The notes: a model not told the origin generated them from the letters alone. Positions 38,870 through 49,429 are shown, numbered from the stretch's first letter. The stretch: 64,000 nt of DNA from Vulcanimicrobiales bacterium (GCA_038215615.1 JBBQQR010000002.1:81743-145742), one strand, 5' to 3'. Translations and numbers: made by a program.

Positions 38870-39975
38870 GAGTCGCGTTCGCGGGCGGCGGAACGGGTGG
38901 CCACGTCTATCCCGCGATCGCGATTGCCGACGCACTGCGCGATCGGGCCGAAATTCTCTTTATCGGAAGTCCCGACGGAATTGAAAACACGCTGGTTCCC
39001 GCGGCCGGCTACGAACTGGAGACAATCGAAAGCAGTCCACTGCAGCGCAGCGCTTCGTTGGGTACGCTGCGTACAATCGCCGCAAACGCCGTCGGGATCG
39101 CGCAAGGCGTGGGCGTGTTACGGACCTTCGATCCCGACATCGCGATCGCAACGGGTGGCTACGTTTGCTTTCCGGCGATGGCGGCTGCGCGAATTCTGCG
39201 CGGCGTGCGCCCGGGTCCGGCACTTGCTCTGCTCGAACCCAACGCGCATCCGGGACTTGCGAATCGCTTGCTGGCGCCGATCGTCGACGAAGTTTGGGGC
39301 GCATTTCCGCAAGCCGATCGGGCTTTTGCACGCAAGTACGTTTACACGGGCGTTCCGGTTCGTTCTTCGCTGCTCCATCCCGACAACCGGATAGAAGCGG
39401 CGCGCCGCCTCGGGTTGGATCCGTCGCGGCGCACGATTCTGGCGATCGGCGGAAGCCAGGGCGCGCGCACGATCAACGAAACCGTTGCAGCGCTGGTGAC
39501 GCGGCGTGCACTGCCGCCTGCCTGGCAGGTGCTGCACATCTGCGGCGAGCGCGACTACGAATATATGCAGGCCGCCGAGCGCACGCCCTTCGGCGAGAAT
39601 CTCGCCGTACTCGTTGCATACTTGCCCGACATGGCTGACGCGTACGCCGTCTGCGATCTCGCCATCGCCCGCGCGGGTGCCTCCACGCTTGGCGAACTGA
39701 CCGCCCTCGGGATTCCCGCGGTACTCGTGCCCTATCCGTTTGCAGCCGATGACCACCAAGCGCGGAACGCGCGGATGCTCGCCGACAGCGGCGTGGCCGT
39801 GGTCATCGCGGATGGGGAGCTTAACGCCGATTCGCTCTGGTGGACGCTGCGCGAGCTGATGCAGCCCGAACGGCTCGACGAAATGCGTTCCGCCGCGCGT
39901 TTGCGCGCCAATCGCGACCCGGTCACGGCAATTCTTGCGCGGGTGGAGGCGCTCGTTACCAAGAACGAGAGCTGA
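38866..39975 (+). CDS. murG: Lipid I GlcNAc transferase
   Basis: GGGTGGHVYP, GGSQGA and RAGASTLGE. GTG overlaps the ftsW stop. Confidence 0.96.
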   Translation: MRVAFAGGGTGGHVYPAIAIADALRDRAEILFIGSPDGIENTLVPAAGYELETIESSPLQRSASLGTLRTIAANAVGIAQGVGVLRTFDPDIAIATGGYVCFPAMAAARILRGVRPGPALALLEPNAHPGLANRLLAPIVDEVWGAFPQADRAFARKYVYTGVPVRSSLLHPDNRIEAARRLGLDPSRRTILAIGGSQGARTINETVAALVTRRALPPAWQVLHICGERDYEYMQAAERTPFGENLAVLVAYLPDMADAYAVCDLAIARAGASTLGELTALGIPAVLVPYPFAADDHQARNARMLADSGVAVVIADGELNADSLWWTLRELMQPERLDEMRSAARLRANRDPVTAILARVEALVTKNES

Positions 39976-39977
39976 CC

Positions 39978-41336
39978 TTGCGAACTTTGCACTTCGTCGG
40001 AATCGGCGGCATCGGCATGAGCGCCATCGCGCGCATCTTGCTCCAACGCGGCGAACGCGTGACCGGTTCGGACGCCATCGATTCGCCGCTGATTAAAGAA
40101 TTGAGAGCTGCGGGCGCGACCGTTATCGTCGGGCACGACGCGCGCAACGTCAACGGCGCAACGACGGTCGTCGTCAGCTCTGCGATCGATCACGAGAATC
40201 CGGAGTACCGCTGCGCGCTGGAGCGCGGCATTCCCATCATCGCGCGCGGCGAAATGCTCGCGCGGATCATGGAGGGCCGTCGCGGCATTGCGATTTGTGG
40301 AACGCACGGCAAGACGACGACGACCGCTATGACCGCCGCGGTCTTGCGTGGCGCGAACGTCGACGCAAGCCTGGTGCTCGGCGGCATCGACGGCGAGCTC
40401 GGCACGAACGCACATGACGGCACCGCACCCTGGTTTCTCACCGAAGCCGACGAGTCCGACGGGTCGTTCAGGCTGCTCGATCCGGCCGTCGCGGTTGTGA
40501 CGAACATCGAGAACGACCACCTCACTTCCGATGCCGAGATTCCGCAGCTCGTCGCTTCCTTTGAAGAATTTCTGGCAAAAGCGCCGGCCGACGGCGCCGC
40601 GATCGTCGGCGTCGACAATCCCCTGACGCGATCCCTGGCACAGAGCGCCCGCCGCGCGCGCACCATCACCTTTGGAATAGCCGCCGATGCGAGCATGCAC
40701 GCCTCGAACATTCGTTTCGAACAGGTGCAGTCTACATTCGAGCTTTTCGCCGACGGCGCCCGATTGGGAACGGTCGAACTGCACGTGCCCGGCGCGATGA
40801 ACGTCGAGAACGCGCTGGCCGCCGCCGCGGTAGGCTGGGCGCTGGATATTCCCTTCGCTTCGATGGCCGAATCGCTTAGCGGGTTTCGCGGTGTGCGCCG
40901 CCGCTTCGACGTTTTGGCGAAGAGCGCGCGCATGATCGTGGTCGACGACTACGCACATCATCCGACTGCGGTGCGTGAAACGATCGCCGCCGCCCGCCGC
41001 TACCATCACGGTCCGATCGTCGTCGCGTTTCAGCCGCACCGATACACGCGCACGGCGTATTTGGCGAACGCGTTCGCGGAGGCACTTTCGGATGCCGATC
41101 GCGTGTACTTGGCTCCCATCTACGGCGCGGGCGAAACGCCGGTGGATGGCGTGACGGAGCGCCTCATCGGCGAGCCGCTGGCGGCTGCGGGCGTACAAAT
41201 CTCGTACGTCAATTACGTGCACGACCTGCGTGAAGTATTGCAGCGCGAGGCGCCGGCGAACGCGCTCGTACTCATGCTCGGGGCCGGAAACATCACCAAG
41301 GTTGCGGCCGAACTCGCGCGGGACGTCTCCGCGTGA
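39978..41336 (+). CDS. murC: UDP-MurNAc:L-Ala ligase
   Basis: HFVGIGGIGMS, GTHGKTTT, EADESD and DDYAHHP. Confidence 0.96.
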   Translation: MRTLHFVGIGGIGMSAIARILLQRGERVTGSDAIDSPLIKELRAAGATVIVGHDARNVNGATTVVVSSAIDHENPEYRCALERGIPIIARGEMLARIMEGRRGIAICGTHGKTTTTAMTAAVLRGANVDASLVLGGIDGELGTNAHDGTAPWFLTEADESDGSFRLLDPAVAVVTNIENDHLTSDAEIPQLVASFEEFLAKAPADGAAIVGVDNPLTRSLAQSARRARTITFGIAADASMHASNIRFEQVQSTFELFADGARLGTVELHVPGAMNVENALAAAAVGWALDIPFASMAESLSGFRGVRRRFDVLAKSARMIVVDDYAHHPTAVRETIAAARRYHHGPIVVAFQPHRYTRTAYLANAFAEALSDADRVYLAPIYGAGETPVDGVTERLIGEPLAAAGVQISYVNYVHDLREVLQREAPANALVLMLGAGNITKVAAELARDVSA

Positions 41337-42280
41337 TCGCTGCAGATTCCGAACTGAGCAGCCTGCTGACCGGCGCCGATCGCCAAAAGCTCTGCGCGAT
41401 CTGCGGCGACGGCGCGCGTTTCGACGAACCGCTGGCGCCCTACACCTCGTGGAAGATTGGCGGGCCGGCCGATGCGTGGGTCGTGGCCGAAAATGAAGAA
41501 CAGCTCGCGGAGATCATGCGGCTGTGCGCGCGCCGGAAGCTGCCGTGGTTCGTCCTCGGAAGCGGCAGCAATCTACTGATCGGCGACGGAGGCATTCGTG
41601 GATTGGTTTTGCGGCTGGCCGGCGACTTCGCCGCGATCGATGTCGACGATAGCGGCACGGAAGTGACCGTTCGTGCGGGTGCATCGGCGGCGATGTCGCT
41701 GCTGACCGCCAAAGCAGCGTCGGCAGGCGCGGTCGGCATCGGTTCGCTGGCGGGAATACCCGGCAGCGTGGGCGGTTCGCTGCGCATGAATGCGGGCACC
41801 GATCGCGAGATTGGCGAATTCGTGCGCGAAGTCTGGGTGCAGTCGCCGGCGAAGGCGCAGGCGCAGCCGGTTTCCGTGCAATATTATTACCGTCACACGT
41901 CGCTCGCGCGCGACGCGATCGTTTCGCGCGTGACGCTGGCGTTCGAGCGTGGAGAAGCGCGAGCTGTGCGCGAGGAGATGCAAGAGCGCCTCGTGCGCCG
42001 CAAACGCACGCAGCCGATCGCGTTGCCCAATGCCGGCTCGTGTTTCCGCAATCCCGAGGGCGACAAAGCGGCGCGTTTGATCGAGGCTGCCGGCGCTAAG
42101 GGGTGGCGCGAAGGCGGCGCGGAAGTCTCGGCGCTGCATGCTAACTTCATCACCAACACGGGGAATGCGAGCGCGAAAGATGTTGCGACCCTGCTGGCGC
42201 GCGTCCGCCGCGCGGTGAGCGAACAGTTCGGCGTGGATTTACAACTCGAAGTGCATCTGGTCGGCGTCTTTATCGAATGA
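41333..42280 (+). CDS. murB: UDP-N-acetylenolpyruvoylglucosamine reductase
   Basis: IGGPAD, GSGSNLL, GIPGSVGG, QP...NAGSCFRNP and HANFI. Confidence 0.95.
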   Translation: MIAADSELSSLLTGADRQKLCAICGDGARFDEPLAPYTSWKIGGPADAWVVAENEEQLAEIMRLCARRKLPWFVLGSGSNLLIGDGGIRGLVLRLAGDFAAIDVDDSGTEVTVRAGASAAMSLLTAKAASAGAVGIGSLAGIPGSVGGSLRMNAGTDREIGEFVREVWVQSPAKAQAQPVSVQYYYRHTSLARDAIVSRVTLAFERGEARAVREEMQERLVRRKRTQPIALPNAGSCFRNPEGDKAARLIEAAGAKGWREGGAEVSALHANFITNTGNASAKDVATLLARVRRAVSEQFGVDLQLEVHLVGVFIE

Positions 42281-43221
42281 AAAAGAAAAAAGCGCGCGTC
42301 GCGGTGGTGATGGGCGGTTCGAGCGCCGAGCGCGAGATTTCCATTCGAACCGGAACCGGAGTCATGCGCGCGCTCGAATCGCTCGGATATGCCGCGCAGT
42401 CGCTCGATTACGATCGGAAGTTTGTTGACGCAATTCGCGACATCGCTCCGGATGCGGTCTTCAATGCGCTGCACGGTCCCGGCGGCGAAGACGGCCAAGT
42501 GCAGGGGATCCTCGATTTTCTCGGCCTGCCATACACGGGCAGTGGTTTGGAAGCCGCGGCGCTTGCCATGGACAAGCACCTGACCAAGAAGCTGTTTTCG
42601 GCCGAAGGCTTGCCGACGGCAATGTGGGATCTCTTCGATCTTTCCGGCGGTACGCTGCCGCTCTTGCCGGGATCGCTCGATTTGCCGCTGGTCGTGAAGC
42701 CGCGTTACCAAGGCAGCAGCGCGGGCGTCTCTATCGTGCGGACGCACGAGCAATGGTCGCAAGCGATGATCGCGTCGGCCGAGCAATACGCCGAAGTCAT
42801 TGCTGAAGAGTTTATTCCGGGGCGCGAGTTCACGTGCGGCGTGCTTGGCGAAGAAGCGCTTCCGGTCGTCGAGATCGTTTCAAATGCCGGCGAGTTTTAC
42901 AACTTCGAATCCAAATACGCCGCTGGCGGCAGCACGCACGTCGTCCCGGCGCCGATCGACCCCGATCTCGCGGCGCGCATCGGGATGCTCGCGCTTTCGG
43001 CGCACCGCCTGGTCGGGCTGCGGGATTATTCGCGCACGGATTTTATCGTCAGCAAGGAAGGCCGCCCGTATATCTTGGAAATCAACACGCTGCCCGGCTT
43101 GACGCCGACGAGCCTGCTGCCCGACGCCTGCAACGCGGCCGGCATCGGTTATGAAGCGCTCATCGACCGGCTCTTGGGCTACGCGCTTTCGCGCAACGGC
43201 GAACGCGTGCTGACGAAGTGA
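42277..43221 (+). CDS. ddl: D-alanine--D-alanine ligase
   Basis: GGSSAEREIS, LHGPGGEDG, GSSAGV and EINTLPG. Confidence 0.96.
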   Translation: MKKKKARVAVVMGGSSAEREISIRTGTGVMRALESLGYAAQSLDYDRKFVDAIRDIAPDAVFNALHGPGGEDGQVQGILDFLGLPYTGSGLEAAALAMDKHLTKKLFSAEGLPTAMWDLFDLSGGTLPLLPGSLDLPLVVKPRYQGSSAGVSIVRTHEQWSQAMIASAEQYAEVIAEEFIPGREFTCGVLGEEALPVVEIVSNAGEFYNFESKYAAGGSTHVVPAPIDPDLAARIGMLALSAHRLVGLRDYSRTDFIVSKEGRPYILEINTLPGLTPTSLLPDACNAAGIGYEALIDRLLGYALSRNGERVLTK

Positions 43222-43228
43222 GAAGATA

Positions 43229-44608
43229 ATGTTCGATTGCCGCTGCCCACACGTTCCCCATTCCGATCGTTTGTTCGCGCAAGTCGAACTGCTCTACGCG
43301 CGCCGGTCGTTTTTGCTCGGCGCCGCTGCCGCCGGAGCGGCGCTCTTTCTGCCGTGGCGCGCGCGAGCGGCCGAACAAGTGGCGGTGCTCAAAGCGGCGC
43401 GGCTTTTTGACGGCGAAGAATTTAAGACTCCCGGCGTGCTGGTGATCAAGGGACAGCGCATCGTTTCGATGCACGCCGGCGACGCGGGCAGCGACGCGCA
43501 GGTCGTCGACTTTGGTGCGGCGACGCTGATGCCCGGCCTGATCGACTGCCACACGCACATTGCCGCGCGCGTTGTTCCCGACACATATATGCTCTCGTTG
43601 ATGCCGCCAAAAACCGCAGCGGACAACGTGGCGGAAGCTGCGATCTACAGCATTCACAACGCGCAGTCGATGCTGCGCAATGGATTTACGACCGTCCGTG
43701 ATGTCGGCGGCGGCGCCGGAATCGATCTCGCGCTGCGCAATGCGATCGCCAATGGCGCGATAGTTGGTCCACGCATCCTCGCGGCAGGGCCGTCGCTTTC
43801 AATTACGGGCGGACACGGCGACACCAACGATCTGCCCGAATTCGTGCACGTCGATCAGCCGATCGAGAGCGGCGTCTCGTACGGGCCATACGGTTTTCGC
43901 GAACGCGTGCGCGAGCATGTCAAGCGCCATGTCGACCTCATCAAGATCCTCGCAACAGGCGGGGTGCTTTCGTACGGGGACGTTTGGGATATTCCGCAGT
44001 TCAATCTCGACGAAGTGCAAGCGGTCGTCGATGAATCGACGAAGTTCGAGCGCCGCGTCGCGGCGCACGCGCACGGCGATAAGGGTATCGCGGTAGCCGT
44101 TGAGGGTGGGGTTCATTCGATCGAACACGGCACCGGCGTCAGCGAAGCCACGCTCAAGAAGATGGAAGATCGCGGCACCTACCTAACGCCGACGATTTGG
44201 GCGCTCGACTCGATTTTGCAGCCGGGCAATCCGAACAAAGTCTCGCCCGGCGGCGTCGCAAAAGCCGAACTGGCGTCGGAGCTGCGCAACGCCGGCATGC
44301 AGCGTGCGATCTCCAGCCGCGTGAAAATTTCTTACGGCACGGACGCCGGCGTTTTTCCGCACGCGGAAAACAATAAAGACTTCGCGCTTTTGGCGTCGAT
44401 GGGGATGCGGCCGATTGACCTGTTGCGGTCGGCTACCAGCCGCGCGGCCGACTTGCTGGGAACGTCCGACCGCGGCACGCTGGCGCCCGGAAAACTTGCC
44501 GACGTCATCGCCGTTTCGGACGACCCGGCGGCAAATATCCGAACGCTTGAAAAGCCTTCTTTCGTGATGCTGGGGGGGCGCCGGATCGATACGTCGCGCC
44601 TGGCGTAA
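43229..44608 (+). CDS. Metal-dependent amidohydrolase (Xaa-Pro dipeptidase-like) with twin-arginine signal
   Basis: ARRSFL Tat motif with ARA cleavage site. DCHTH, IKI, AAHAH, IEHG and GTDAG metal ligands. Confidence 0.88.
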   Translation: MFDCRCPHVPHSDRLFAQVELLYARRSFLLGAAAAGAALFLPWRARAAEQVAVLKAARLFDGEEFKTPGVLVIKGQRIVSMHAGDAGSDAQVVDFGAATLMPGLIDCHTHIAARVVPDTYMLSLMPPKTAADNVAEAAIYSIHNAQSMLRNGFTTVRDVGGGAGIDLALRNAIANGAIVGPRILAAGPSLSITGGHGDTNDLPEFVHVDQPIESGVSYGPYGFRERVREHVKRHVDLIKILATGGVLSYGDVWDIPQFNLDEVQAVVDESTKFERRVAAHAHGDKGIAVAVEGGVHSIEHGTGVSEATLKKMEDRGTYLTPTIWALDSILQPGNPNKVSPGGVAKAELASELRNAGMQRAISSRVKISYGTDAGVFPHAENNKDFALLASMGMRPIDLLRSATSRAADLLGTSDRGTLAPGKLADVIAVSDDPAANIRTLEKPSFVMLGGRRIDTSRLA

Positions 44609-44644
44609 CATTCCGGAGCCTCTCGGACGTTATACAAGCCACCT

Positions 44645-45589
44645 ATGCTGAAAAACTCTACTGCGGTACTCTTTGCCGTTGCCGTCCTGGCCGTTTCCGT
44701 CGCAGGCCCGAGCCGCACTGGGGCGCAGGCCACCACGCCGGCCGCGCAGGCTACCCTGCCGCCCTATCAGTCCCTGACCCCAGTCCGTGTGCTCGGCATG
44801 ATCCGCCGCGTTTTTCGGTCGCACCGGCCCCCGCCGGCCTACGAGACGTACACGATGATCCGCACGCAGTACACGAATTACGCCGCTGAGCCCGGCGCCT
44901 CGCCCTATCCGGACCCGCTCGGCTCGTACACGACGCATTATTGGGTCCGAAACCTGGACCGCGCCGCGCTGACGCGCCGCATCTATCGCGACGACGCGGA
45001 GGGACCGCCGAGTTTCGATCGTCCGGCGCTCAACGAAGCCACCGATCCGGGGCCGCCGACCGCCGACGTCTTTGCGGCGGCGCCGCGGAATCAGCACATC
45101 AACCCGCAGTCGTACGTTCCGACGCCCGAGCCGTCATCCGAGCCGCTCAAAACCATCGGCTCCGTGATCGCCGTCGGCGAATCCGATTACGATGTTCCGC
45201 AGATGACGGTCGAGCGGAATCTTCTGCACCTGGTCCTGCGCCCGCGCCGCGACCCGGAGCGCAACGTGCTGCGCCAGATTTGGGTGGACAAAAAGAGCTA
45301 CGAATTGCGGCGCATCATCGCGCACGACCGCCTCTTCACGGGCGACGAGGGAATCTTCCCGGTCACGTTTACCTACACGCTCGGCTATTTGAGCGGGCAA
45401 CTGGTCGTGACGCACCTCCACGGCATTGTCGAGCCGCGCGTCGAATCCAACGGAACGCAAACGGTCTACGGCGGCGACGGCGCGACAGTCGACTTCGACT
45501 TCACGGATATCACGTTTCCGAGTTCGCTGCCGGAATGGTATTTCAACCCGCGGGAATACGGCCAGCACATAGCGGAGGTGCCAATCTAA
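44645..45589 (+). CDS. Secreted hypothetical protein
   Basis: Signal peptide, Pro-rich linkers, beta-rich C-terminal part, and tight packing between its neighbours. Confidence 0.7.
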   Translation: MLKNSTAVLFAVAVLAVSVAGPSRTGAQATTPAAQATLPPYQSLTPVRVLGMIRRVFRSHRPPPAYETYTMIRTQYTNYAAEPGASPYPDPLGSYTTHYWVRNLDRAALTRRIYRDDAEGPPSFDRPALNEATDPGPPTADVFAAAPRNQHINPQSYVPTPEPSSEPLKTIGSVIAVGESDYDVPQMTVERNLLHLVLRPRRDPERNVLRQIWVDKKSYELRRIIAHDRLFTGDEGIFPVTFTYTLGYLSGQLVVTHLHGIVEPRVESNGTQTVYGGDGATVDFDFTDITFPSSLPEWYFNPREYGQHIAEVPI

Positions 45590-45598
45590 GGAGAGATT

Positions 45599-46771
45599 AT
45601 GTCTACAACAGGGATTGTCGTCGACCGGGGCCTTGAAGGCGTCGTGGTCGGCAGCACGCTGCTTTCCAACGTCGAGGGGAAAGAGGGGCGGCTCACCTAC
45701 CGTGGCTACGACATCGACGATTTGGCGCCCAACGCGTGCTTCGAAGAAGTCGTGCACCTGCTGTTGTACGGACGTCTCCCTTCCGCAAAGCAGCTCGACG
45801 AGCTGCGCAAAGAACTCGGCGCGCATCGCATGCTGCCCGAGCCGCTCATCAACGCGATGGAACGCGTTCCCAAAGACGCTTGGCCGATGGACGTGCTGCG
45901 CACGATCGTTTCCGGACTCGCGATCTTCGTGCCGGTCGACGCGCACGGCGCGCATGTTTCAGACGTGCACACCGCGATCGAATTGATCGCCAAGGTGCCG
46001 ACCGCCGTTGCGATGTGGGATCGCATCCGCCGCGGACTCGAACCCATCGAGCCCCGGCACGATCTGTCGCAAGCGGCGAACTTCCTTTATATGTGCCGCG
46101 GCACCGAGCCGTCCGAAGTCGCCGAGGATGCGATGGACACCTATCTCGTGCTGCTGGCCGATCACTCGTTTAACGCGTCCACTTTTTCCGCGCGCGTAAC
46201 GGCTTCGACGAAGGCCGATCTGTACGCCGCGGTGACGTCGGCGATCGCGACGCTCGAAGGCGAAGCGCACGGCGGCGCGGCGAGCGCGGTTGGCCGCGTG
46301 TTGCTCGAGGTCGGAAAGCCCGAGCGCGCGGAAGCATACGTGCGCGAAGTACTCGCTCGCGGCGATCGCATCATGGGGATGGGACATCGCGAATATAAAG
46401 TCCGCGATCCGCGTGCGCGCCATTTGGAGGCCGTCGCCAAAAAACTGAGCGAGCTGCACGATCCGAAGTGGTACAAGATCGCGCGCTCGCTCGAAGACGC
46501 CTCGAACCTGGTTCTGCGCGAAAAGAAGCCGGACAAGAGCATCTATGCCAACGTCGATTTTTACACAGCGCCGCTCTTTTACAGCCTAGGATTTCCCGGG
46601 GACGAGTTCACGCCGATCTTCGCGTGCGGCCGGATCGCCGGCTGGTCGGCGCACGTGCTCGAACAGCTGGCCGATAACCGCCTCATCCGCCCTCAAGCGA
46701 CGTATTCCGGTCCGCCGGTGCACGCGTTCGAGCCGATCGAAAGGCGTACCGGAAACGGCGCCGCGAACTAG
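45599..46771 (+). CDS. Citrate/2-methylcitrate synthase
   Basis: GLEGV, DHSFNAST, HGGA, GMGHREYKVRDPR and NVDFY. Confidence 0.94.
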   Translation: MSTTGIVVDRGLEGVVVGSTLLSNVEGKEGRLTYRGYDIDDLAPNACFEEVVHLLLYGRLPSAKQLDELRKELGAHRMLPEPLINAMERVPKDAWPMDVLRTIVSGLAIFVPVDAHGAHVSDVHTAIELIAKVPTAVAMWDRIRRGLEPIEPRHDLSQAANFLYMCRGTEPSEVAEDAMDTYLVLLADHSFNASTFSARVTASTKADLYAAVTSAIATLEGEAHGGAASAVGRVLLEVGKPERAEAYVREVLARGDRIMGMGHREYKVRDPRARHLEAVAKKLSELHDPKWYKIARSLEDASNLVLREKKPDKSIYANVDFYTAPLFYSLGFPGDEFTPIFACGRIAGWSAHVLEQLADNRLIRPQATYSGPPVHAFEPIERRTGNGAAN

Positions 46772-47877
46772 TCCTCGTAGGTTCGCGTTAAGCCGGCCGG
46801 CAGCCGCGCCACGATCTCGTAATTGATCGTTCCCGCCCAATCCGCCCAATCGTCGGCGCAAACTGCACTGCCGCCGTCGCTGCCGATCAGTGCGACGCGG
46901 TCGCCCGGCCGGGCGTTGGTTTCACCCAGATCCAAGATCGTCATGTTCATGCAGATCCGGCCGGCGATCGGGCAGCGCTTTCCGGCGACGGCGAATGCGC
47001 CTGTATTCGAGAGCGCGCGCGGAACGCCGTCGGCATAACCGAGCGGGACGACGCCGACGCGCATCGGCCGCGGCGCGCGGAACGTCCCGCCGTATCCGAC
47101 CGCGGTGCCCGCCTCGATCTTTCTCACAGCGGCGATACGGCTTTCAAATGAAAGAGCCGGTTCGAGTTGCAGCTCCTGCGGCATGGCGGCGCGAGTTTGC
47201 TTCGACGGCCACAAACCGTAAAGCGCGATCCCGAAGCGCACCATATCCAGACGCGTTTGCGGCCAGAGCATCGCGGCCGCGGATGCGGCGATATGGCGCA
47301 CCGGCTTCGAATCGAGCTTTGCGTTGTCGATCGCGGCGTTCAACGTTTCGACTTGCGCGAGCGTGAACGCGGAATCCAACTCTTCGGCCGAGGCCAGATG
47401 CGAGAATACTCCAACGAGTTCGACGCCGGGCGTGCGCGCGATGCGCTGGATCGCACTTGGCGCTTGCGACGGATCCAACCCCAGGCGCCGTACGCCGGTG
47501 TCCACTTTCGCGTGGACACGAAATGTTTTTCCGTGACGGCGCGCCGTACTGGTGACCGTTTCCAAATAAGCGCCGGCATCCCACAGCGTGAGCTGCAAAT
47601 CGTGCGCAAGCGCGTCTTCAAGCAATTCGACCGGAGCCGGGCCAAGCACCAACACCGGAACGGCAATCCCGGCTTCGCGCAATGACACGCCTTCTTCGAT
47701 CGAATAGACGCCAAGCGTATCGGCATATTCCTCGATGGCTCGCGCGGTCGCGACGAGACCGTGACCGTAAGCGTTCGACTTCACGATGAAGGCGGCGCGC
47801 GCCGGCGCCGCGAGATCGCGCAAAGCTTTGGCGTTCCGGCGCAGCGCGCCGGTGGAGATGCGCAATCCGCCGATCAT
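46768..47877 (-). CDS. alr: Alanine racemase
   Basis: VKSNAYGHG PLP motif, KVDTG..RLG, GYADG and GTINYE. Confidence 0.95.
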   Translation of the reverse strand: MIGGLRISTGALRRNAKALRDLAAPARAAFIVKSNAYGHGLVATARAIEEYADTLGVYSIEEGVSLREAGIAVPVLVLGPAPVELLEDALAHDLQLTLWDAGAYLETVTSTARRHGKTFRVHAKVDTGVRRLGLDPSQAPSAIQRIARTPGVELVGVFSHLASAEELDSAFTLAQVETLNAAIDNAKLDSKPVRHIAASAAAMLWPQTRLDMVRFGIALYGLWPSKQTRAAMPQELQLEPALSFESRIAAVRKIEAGTAVGYGGTFRAPRPMRVGVVPLGYADGVPRALSNTGAFAVAGKRCPIAGRICMNMTILDLGETNARPGDRVALIGSDGGSAVCADDWADWAGTINYEIVARLPAGLTRTYED

Positions 47878-48284
47878 CGCATGCGCTCGAAGAGCACCGA
47901 GATCACTGCGACGGGCAACCCGAAAAACAAACACGTCGCGCCCAGCCCGAATGCCACTTGCTGCACCGTGTGGATTTGCTCGGCCGCGATGCCGTACAGT
48001 ACCAGCTGCGTCACCACGTAGACGATGACGCCGAACGACAGCCCCGAGAGAACCGGAAAGCGGTTGACCTGGGGCTGGGTGGCGGCAAGATAGGCATAAC
48101 CCACGCCCCAGGCCAGGCATGCGGCGACATAAACGGCGGCATACCCGGCGATGTGCGGGTCCGTCGCTATGCGCCCGAGCGCGGCTGGAAAGTAGATGAC
48201 CCCGAAGAGGACGCACCCTGCTGCTCCCTCCGCGGCGCCTTTTGAGGCGAAGCGAGCCCACCCCGTAAGGGGAACTTTACGCAA
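47874..48284 (-). CDS. Small membrane protein, about 4 TM
   Basis: Hydrophobic helices. Stop overlaps the alr ATG. Start uncertain. Confidence 0.6.
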   Translation of the reverse strand: MRKVPLTGWARFASKGAAEGAAGCVLFGVIYFPAALGRIATDPHIAGYAAVYVAACLAWGVGYAYLAATQPQVNRFPVLSGLSFGVIVYVVTQLVLYGIAAEQIHTVQQVAFGLGATCLFFGLPVAVISVLFERMR

Positions 48285-48403
48285 ACTTAACCGCCACTTC
48301 TTGAAGATAGGACTTTCTGCTCAATTATTTTGCATGGACTTCGCCATTGAACGTGCTATATTCGCCTTACGGGTTAGTTTCTGGGTCATGGAGGATAGGG
48401 CGC

Positions 48404-49429
48404 TTGAAGCAATACTTAAGGGCTTTCTACGCTTTGCTATTGGCGTTTGTGCCGGCAGCCTGTGCGATGCACGGGCAATCGGCCACGCCCACGGCGCTCA
48501 CTCCATATAACCCGCAGAACATCGTTCAGCCTTTCGATACGCACGGCGGGATTGCCACAGCTGAGGTCGCCGTCGGCGACGCTCCCCCCGCGTTCTTCGG
48601 CATTGGTCTGGCCCGCGTCAACCTCGCGATCAGTGAAATCGATTTCGTCGACGCTACCGGTCAAACTCAAGTCGTCGCAAAATATACTGCCCCCCTGATC
48701 GTCGATCTGCTCCAATACCAGGATGGTACGGGAGCCAGCGTCGGCCGGACCGACGTGAAGAACTTGCAAACCTACCCACAGGTGCGCTTCGTCGTCGATA
48801 CCGTGGCCAGTTCCGTGCTCTATACCGGCGGTCTCAGCGCGCCGCTGAATTTCGTTACCGGTAACGACAGCTCGTCGTCGCACGCCGGCCGGGCGACCAG
48901 CACGACGAACCTCGGAGCCGGACGCGTTGCGATCACGCAAACCGGATCGTTCACCATTGGAAGCGGCGTGAGCGAGCTCGTGAACGCTGACTTTAATCTC
49001 ATGGAATCGCTGACGCCGCCGTCGATCGGTTCCAATCGGGGCGACGACCAACATGGTAACTCCGAGTCGCACGGCAGTCTTGGACTAGCGGTGCGTCCGA
49101 CGATGTTCGTAGCTGCCAGTTCAAACGAAGGCATGATCGCCGGTACCGTCGTGAACGATGACGGCCGGCCCGTTTCCAATGCCGTCGTTGTGGCGGTTGG
49201 ACAAGGAAACCGAGTCGGCAATACGGTCGCGACCGACGCGTCGGGCAACTTTTTGCTGCACACGTTGGTTGCGGGCGAGTATCGTTTGGATGTCTACAAT
49301 CAATACACCAATTCCGCTGGAGCGAATTTTTCATCGGAGGGTTCCAGCTCGGATCATAATCGATTGAAGGGACAGACGATAACGGTCAGTCCAGGCCAAA
49401 CTACCAACGCAGGGACGATTCAGGATTAG
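48404..49429 (+). CDS. Lipoprotein with DUF4382-like and carboxypeptidase-regulatory-like domains
   Basis: SD GGAGG then TTG, lipobox PAAC, and C-terminal GMIAGTV..DGRPVSNAVV...TDASGNF...AGEY. Confidence 0.65.
   Translation: MKQYLRAFYALLLAFVPAACAMHGQSATPTALTPYNPQNIVQPFDTHGGIATAEVAVGDAPPAFFGIGLARVNLAISEIDFVDATGQTQVVAKYTAPLIVDLLQYQDGTGASVGRTDVKNLQTYPQVRFVVDTVASSVLYTGGLSAPLNFVTGNDSSSSHAGRATSTTNLGAGRVAITQTGSFTIGSGVSELVNADFNLMESLTPPSIGSNRGDDQHGNSESHGSLGLAVRPTMFVAASSNEGMIAGTVVNDDGRPVSNAVVVAVGQGNRVGNTVATDASGNFLLHTLVAGEYRLDVYNQYTNSAGANFSSEGSSSDHNRLKGQTITVSPGQTTNAGTIQD

Noticed and set aside
39732..41222. Long antisense ORFs (e.g. 496 aa opposite murC, 360 aa opposite groESL)
   Set aside because: No recognisable motifs. 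Such ORFs are expected opposite strongly biased GC-rich genes.
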